Positions 57,972-64,000 of a DNA stretch of 64,000 nt are shown here, piece after piece. Location: assembly GCA_004431415.1 (NCBI GenBank), contig QPMI01000477.1, forward strand, positions 558,001 through 622,000, read 5' to 3'. Under the pieces are notes generated by a model. That model was given only the letters and a program-made list of their open reading frames with translations. It did no database searches and was not told the DNA's origin. Numbering within the stretch: the stretch's first letter is position 1; each line of letters opens with the position of its first letter. Made by a program: the position numbers and the translations under genes. The DNA comes from Cyanophora paradoxa CCMP329 (lineage: Eukaryota; Plantae; Glaucophyta).

Positions 57972-59033
57972 TTAGCGTTTCGTTAAACCACTTCTCAAAT
58001 TGTATCTCCTCCGAATTACATTACTCCGATTGGGTTTTATGCCTTCTTTTGCTACCAATCGATTCACTTTATTCGTTTTATTAACCTGCTGAATCCGTTT
58101 TTGTGATGGTATCTTAATGATATCATCTTTATTCACCTTTTGCAATTCTTGTTTCTTAAATCTCCTCTTCACTTCTTTTGTTTCCTCACCATCATTATCT
58201 TCAAGCACTTTGAAACGATTCCTATCAGCCTTTGCAACAGTGTAGACCTTCTGACTGAATTGCGCACCTTCTTTTTCAAACAATCCCTTTGGTTGCAAAA
58301 CTCGAACTGTGTCTCCTGGTTTCACTTGATTAGTATCAGCCTCCTTTACACGATTGTTGTGAACAGTATCCCTCATGTAAATAAATAACTGTTTATCTTC
58401 ATTTGTATACACTGCATTTGGAGAGTCATTTTTCAATGCAGAATGGGGACTGCTATTATACAAGTCAATTACATCACTAAGTAGATCGATCCATTTCGTG
58501 GTTCCCTTTGCTGTCATCGATTTTCTGAGATACTGTTTGAAAGTCCTAGTGAACCTATCAATTATCCCCAGTTTATCTCCTACTGTGATGTGGTCATCCT
58601 TTGCCACATCTGTGTATAGCATTACACCATGTTCACTGCACCAATTTCGGTATACTGCCTGGGAAAACTCATTATCCCCAGAGAGAGCATTAACTTTGCC
58701 TGCTTCTTGCTTGAACCTATTTAAAATGCTCGGGATCTCACTGCTGTTTTTAAAAGGATAAACAAATCCTTTGCGACTAAGTATGTCTACGAAACTAAGC
58801 ATTTTGAAAATGCCATTGTTGGCAGTCTGAAACCCTCTGAAATATGTTATATCGATTTGAAACGATCTAGGCTTTGCCACTATGCGAAGAAACGATTTGG
58901 GTTTCCTTGGTTTCTTGTAAATTTGCTGGAGTTCTGAGTTTTTGAACTTCTTTTTCAACTCTTTTTCATCAAAACTCACTTTTTCATTAATCAGTTTCTG
59001 CCTATACTTTTTGAATGATAATACACTATCCAT
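57972..59033 (-). CDS. Retroviral-like (RVE) integrase of Polinton type
   Basis: FQIDITYF; FVDILSRKG; LSGDNEF; GIIDRFTRTFK; WIDLLSDVIDLYNSSPHSAL..SP; GDTVRV. Confidence 0.93.
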   Translation of the reverse strand: MDSVLSFKKYRQKLINEKVSFDEKELKKKFKNSELQQIYKKPRKPKSFLRIVAKPRSFQIDITYFRGFQTANNGIFKMLSFVDILSRKGFVYPFKNSSEIPSILNRFKQEAGKVNALSGDNEFSQAVYRNWCSEHGVMLYTDVAKDDHITVGDKLGIIDRFTRTFKQYLRKSMTAKGTTKWIDLLSDVIDLYNSSPHSALKNDSPNAVYTNEDKQLFIYMRDTVHNNRVKEADTNQVKPGDTVRVLQPKGLFEKEGAQFSQKVYTVAKADRNRFKVLEDNDGEETKEVKRRFKKQELQKVNKDDIIKIPSQKRIQQVNKTNKVNRLVAKEGIKPNRSNVIRRRYNLRSGLTKR

Positions 59034-62000
59034 TATTGGGCGGCACAGTTACACTTAATATGAGAGAGGAAACAATTTTTGGTAATGTGAGCCACAGCAT
59101 TATTAATTCGATCTACCGAAATATCTTCAAAGTCCATGGCATTGTAGCATCGCAGGCAATGCCCATACTGCTTCCCATATCGCTGCTTGATCCAATCCCA
59201 TGTGATGTAATCATGCTCATCGAATTGTCTGTTTGCTGCTCGGTCCTGATCCTTGTAAGTCGAAATCTTCTCGTTATTCTCTCTTTTCCACACTTTCCAG
59301 TGAGCCATTTCGAAATTATCATGGTAAATAACAACATCATCCAGCCTTGTGGTTCGAGTGAGAGCAACATATAGCCACTTCTTTGAAACAAATGGCGCCC
59401 CAGTTTCGAACACGACTACCCTGTTCCCTTTGCAGCGAATCGTATCACCTTGAACAACATGGCAGGTGTTTGCGTAAGCCAGGGCGAAATGTTTGACTGC
59501 ATCCCTGCTGAGAACAATCTCATCCTTCTTGTTGGCAATGTCAGCAATAATGAAACTGTCCTTTGAGAGCTTGACAATCTTGTAGACAAATCCATTATGA
59601 ACTATCTTCCCACCCTTTGCAATACGAGTCTTTGCAACAACTTTGATCCCGCCAGCATAAATGGAAACATTATCCCCGTAGTTCATTTTGTGAAGGGCTA
59701 GGTTCACCTCTGCACCCTTGCGGTTTGTATACACAATGCCTTTATCTGTCTTTGCCAATTCGTCCACAACCTTGAACCCGTACTTTGCTAGGACCTCACT
59801 TACACTCAAACCTTTCTCGAATAAATCAATTCGAATTTGCTCAACCTTTCTGCGATCTTCCTCAGTCTCATGGCGCTTGTTCACTTGGAGTAACAATTCG
59901 TTGGGGAACAGGCGATGGAGGATATCAAGGTAATACTCATCTTGATCAACACTCATATCCTGAATGGTGGGTTCTGATACGGGTCACCTGTGGCAATGTA
60001 TACCTTATCTGGGAACTGCTCATTCATGATGTGGTCCAGGGCTGCCAGTTCTCCAATCTTAAACTGACAGATCTCATCAATAACAATGCAATCAAATTCT
60101 ACCAAACCAGATGCATTCCCTCCTACGATTTCATCCATGTTCGACTCATCGATTTTGAGATGAAGGGCATCATAGATTGTCTTCACATTTTTCAATCCTT
60201 GCTCTTTCATTTCCTTCACTCGCTTGTTGGTCGGAACAATATAGAGGGGATTTTTGAAACGCTTCCCATATTCAACTGTCATGTGAGTCTTTCCAACTCC
60301 TGGAACTGATCCGAGAAGAACCCATCGTTTTTGTGTAGCCAGCAAATCACAAATCGCGGTTGTGTCATACTCATCAACCACAGAGTGTTTGGTATAACTG
60401 TAGTTCTCGATTTTCACAAAGTCAGTCGCTCTCTCAAACTTTCCGTAACGAATTCGTTTTGCCTCGAGGTCTTTCTTCTCACCTGAAAACTTTTTAGAAA
60501 AATTGGGGCAGCATTTCACACTGAATTTTCCAATATTCTCAAAGGCATTGCGATCGAATGACACTGGGGCAATGGGTTCATAAGCGATCCCATAAACACA
60601 ATCGGTGTTCAAAGCGAGTGGTCGGATCTGCTGTTTAGCGAGTTCGACACACTTCTCATACATACACATCCTCATAATTGACAAGAGGGTAGTGTACAAT
60701 GGCATGAAGCCATCAATGAGCTGCTTTTCTGCTACCTGATTGACATAGTAGATATGGGGTTCGGTCATCTCTTCCTCACACAGAACGAACTCTGTCTCCT
60801 CATAAGTGGCAAGAGTCTCACCAAAGAGGTAAATTTTAACCTCCCTCCGTTCTGTTTCTGGAACTCGATCGCATCGTCTCTGTTGTGGAAAATGGTGGTT
60901 TTCACTCTGCTATTTCGTTGCTTTCCAGTTTGCCCAATTGCACTCACCAAGATCTGCTTCTTATCAACAGGATCGAGGTCGCTATCTAAGATTCGAGCAA
61001 CTGTGTTGCCTGCAAGGTTGGGAATGAGTTTGTAAGGTCGCAGAACCGCTTTGATGGAGATGTCATCCTTGAAATCCTCGAAATGCTTTTTGAGAACCAA
61101 ACCAGGAACGACATTGTACTTGGAATCAATGATCATCCTCTTGTATCTGTTGTAGGTGTTTGCTTCGTACTCCTTTCCGTTCTTGTCTTTGGCTTTGAAA
61201 AAGTATTTGTCGTCCAGTTTCACGTAATAGAAGCTGTATTCCTCGATTTGCTCTGCATCTGTGATTGTCACACTCTTGAAGACATCGAACTTGCTGAGAA
61301 CAGGAACGAATTTGATCATCAAGGCTACAATGTAAGGGTATGCTTTGCACATATCGAACTCGTAAATATCTGTGTTATAGCGAATTTCATCAAAGGTCTC
61401 CTCATCCACATCAAAGAGACCACGAAGGGCAGTCTGCACTCCATTCTTGAATGCATTTATGGTTTGCTCATTGTAAGTACTCTTGTTGGAAGTGTTGATT
61501 AGAGACCTATACATATCCAGATTTAGTTTCTCGAATTTATCTCTGTACTCAGCATTCTTGAAGCTAATCTCGAAAGCTGTTTCCACATCTGTATCGTTAC
61601 CAGGTGGGGTCACGACAACATCCTTATCGTCAATAGTGAAACGAATATGGGTTGCCTTTCCGATTTGGGAGAACCCAGGTTGGACCTGATAATTATGCAC
61701 CACAATGAACTCTCTGAGTAGTTCATCCAGTGAACCACCATAGCAGATTCGAATGCTCGATTGGTTCTTTGGATTGTCAGACCTGACAATTCTCAGAATG
61801 TCATCGGGATTTGTGGCAAACTCCTTGAACCTTCTTTGCTTTATAATCTTGTAACGAGAACTGAGTGGAACATTGGTATCTTTTGGCTTGGAGCCATTGA
61901 AGGACTGTGTGAGAGCCTTAATATTGTGATTTAACAAATACATGTGACCATTCTCAATCTTCACATATGCAACAGAAGGGGTCAAGTGTGTGTTCCTGGT

Positions 62001-63117
62001 CTTGGGCAGGAAAGTCAGTTCAGGGACAGGGGTTCTGTCGTCCTTTCCAATTGTAACCATGCCTAGGCGCAGTGGGTCAAGAACCTTCTCCGAAATGGAC
62101 TTGAAAGAAATGCCCCAATCATCTCCTTCAACAGGGTCTCGCCCATTCACCATCTTAAAGAGTCCGTTGTAAGACCAATCGATTCGCTTGTATTTCCCTT
62201 TGGTCTTAGCCTTCTCAAACGCTCCTCCAAACCATTTGATGAGGACATCGAAAACACACTTCCCAACCTTGAATGAATCACCTTTCAAGAACATTTCCTT
62301 GAATGTGGTGGCTTGGGGGTTCCCTTCGTTTTTAATGAAATTCGAAATAATCATTGGAGCGTTTGTATTGTCTCTGAGGACTTGTTCATTTCTTGGATGT
62401 ATTCTTCATTATCTGTCGTGATGACTCTTTCAATTGTCATAATATCGGGTAGGTATCTTGCTCAATTAGTTTTAGGTAGCGGAAATCTTGATTGGTCGAG
62501 TTAAACTCAATAACTGCTGCAATAAATTCAGCAATGACAGTCCCCTCAACACATGGGAACGTATTGAAGGTGGATTGAACCAGACCGAGAGCATTCAGAA
62601 AAGCTGCCTTGGTACACTGGATACCAAAGGGGCGATTGTTCCGAAGCCTCTTCGATTCAATGTAGGTCACACCATTCTCAGTGACCCTGTTTGCATTTGC
62701 AGGGGCTTGTTCTCCCTCTTGCAACTCACGGAAGAGTCTCACATTCAGGGTGACCATGTTTCCAGGTGAGTTTTCAACAAACTCACGGAGGTTAGCAATC
62801 ATCTGCTGGAAAGGAGTCAAGCGCTTCCGCTCTCTCGCTTGCTCCGCTTTCTTGTTTTGCTTCTCAACATTCTTAGCGGCTCTCTCAGCCCTCTTCTCCT
62901 TCTTCTCCTGCTTGCGATACAAACGAGGCTCTACGATACCTCTCAGTGTATCTCTGATATCAATCAACTTTGGAATTCTAATTGCTTTGAAAGTAAATTC
63001 TCTCAAGAAATAGATATCCTGCTCTCGGGTCAATTTGTCTTCTACTTTTGCTTGCATGTAGTAGCCAAGAATCTCATCCTGCAAATTTTTCGAAATTCGA
63101 TTACTTGGTCGAGGCAT
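59033..63117 (-). pseudogene. Second polymerase gene: divergent PolB + SF1 helicase + HNH fusion broken by about 4 frameshifts (real decay or assembly indels)
   Basis: In order across four ORFs: N-terminal domain (62437-63117); PolB motif A YEFDMCKAYP and motif B KQILVSAIGQTGK (60765-62354); motif C LNTDCV, then Walker A GVGKT, IVIDEICQ, GDPYQ (59953-60768); AYANTCHVVQGDT, LYVALTR and HNH SVDRINNAVAHITKNC...CN (59033-59956). Single-base additions rejoin the frames (NGGEVKIYLFGET near 60843; NPPIQDMSVDQ near 59965). Confidence 0.82.
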
Positions 63118-63358
63118 TTCTTTGTTCACTCTATTAATATATACCTACAAAAGTTTTCTTTAAATACTTTTATACTCGCGTCAAATTTTACCGACAAAAC
63201 CAAAAGTCTCCAACAAAATAAATTTAGTCGAGGGCATTCATAAAAATAACAAAGGGTTGGCTCGATCATCGAACTCTAAAAATAACAGAATGATTATATT
63301 TGTGGTTCCAGCGCGTTTCCCACGGGTTTCTCAGAGCAGATCGCGCTGAGAAAAACGA

Positions 63359-63616
63359 TTAACAGAGATATTTCGATTTGCGACCACGGTTAGAATACGG
63401 GACACCATAGAGATACTTCACAAAGCAGACTGCATTGGAAGCATAGAGACGCTGGGAACTCTCAACGATCTTCATGGCTCTGTAACACTCATCAGTATGG
63501 TATAAGTCACGCATTTGCTTTGCAAATCTGGCATTGTACTTTTTCAAATATTCCTGACCTTTTTCAGTTTTACGATAACGATAAGTAGCACGCTTCTGAG
63601 CCTCACTGATTGGCAT
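63359..63616 (-). CDS. Small basic viral protein (SEAQKRA..RY motif)
   Basis: MPISEAQKRATYRYRKTEKG, preceded by an AT-rich leader. Confidence 0.65.
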   Translation of the reverse strand: MPISEAQKRATYRYRKTEKGQEYLKKYNARFAKQMRDLYHTDECYRAMKIVESSQRLYASNAVCFVKYLYGVPYSNRGRKSKYLC

Positions 63617-64000
63617 GTTGTCCTTTTCTACTCTCTTAATATATGTTAAGAAATCTTTAAGTAGTTTTTCTGTCTGTATATAGCGAATAAACTCCTGTCA
63701 AATTTTGGTCCCGATTGCAGAGCATCCAGTACGAAAGAAGATGCTGGAAAAATGATAAAGCCACCGATACCCAGAAGGTTCACTTGTCGGCTGCAAGTTT
63801 CTACCACTGAACCCGGTAGAACAGGTGATTAAAGTGATTTACCTATGGATATTTCACTTCGCTCTACAACGCCTCCATAAAAATGAAGAAGTTTTGAGCC
63901 TACGGGATAGGATTGGTTACGTAGCGCTAACAATGTTTGAGAAATTATATTATTCAGATTGATCCTTAACGGCGATAACCGGGTCTTATACCAAGCTTGG

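Larger units (their letters stand above)
44054..64000. mobile_element. Endogenous Polinton-like virus; left end visible, right end outside the window
   Basis: Abrupt switch from GC-rich, intron-rich DNA to AT-richer, intron-free, densely packed ORFs. Hallmark genes: MCP, minor capsid proteins, A32 ATPase, primase-helicase, pPolB, RVE integrase. Confidence 0.95.

Noticed and set aside
58540-58580. Integrase inactivated because the third catalytic residue is D (IIDRF) rather than E
   Set aside because: The change is conservative, D occurs at this position in some Polinton-type integrases, and the ORF is otherwise intact.
44054-64000. Bacterial or phage contamination, or a canonical virophage
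   Set aside because: The penton, MCP, A32, pPolB and RVE set is Polinton/PLV-like. No virophage-type cysteine protease is visible in the window, and the MCP is shorter than typical virophage MCPs. A misjoin at 44054 cannot be fully excluded without reads.

Overview
The window has two compartments. Bases 1 to about 44053 are GC-rich nuclear DNA with many short introns from a plastid-bearing, probably flagellated protist. A plastid GPAT with an MAF-type transit peptide and a SPATA17-like gene suggest a glaucophyte such as Cyanophora, which is inference only. This part holds a giant secreted IPT/TIG plus filamin-repeat gene, plastid GPAT, two F-box genes, an IQ/SPATA17-like gene, a double-HAD plus Dpy-30 gene, a USE1-like SNARE, a receptor-like kinase, an FkbM-like methyltransferase and a cyclic-nucleotide phosphodiesterase. 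It also holds a young tandem TRIM retroelement (3 LTRs, 5-bp TSD) whose LTRs carry a tRNA-like Pol III module. From 44054 to the window end is an AT-richer, intron-free endogenous Polinton-like virus (PLV) of about 20 kb or more; its right end is not visible. It begins with a perfect 29-bp hairpin and carries three 103-bp iteron/AT-rich origin-like modules. It encodes two divergent minor capsid proteins, a major capsid protein, an A32 ATPase, a primpol-SF3 helicase, a C-terminally truncated pPolB, an RVE integrase, and a second frameshifted PolB-SF1 helicase-HNH fusion that shares an N-terminal domain with the first polymerase. Host exon boundaries are approximate, and all family calls rest on motif recognition by eye, not on database searches.
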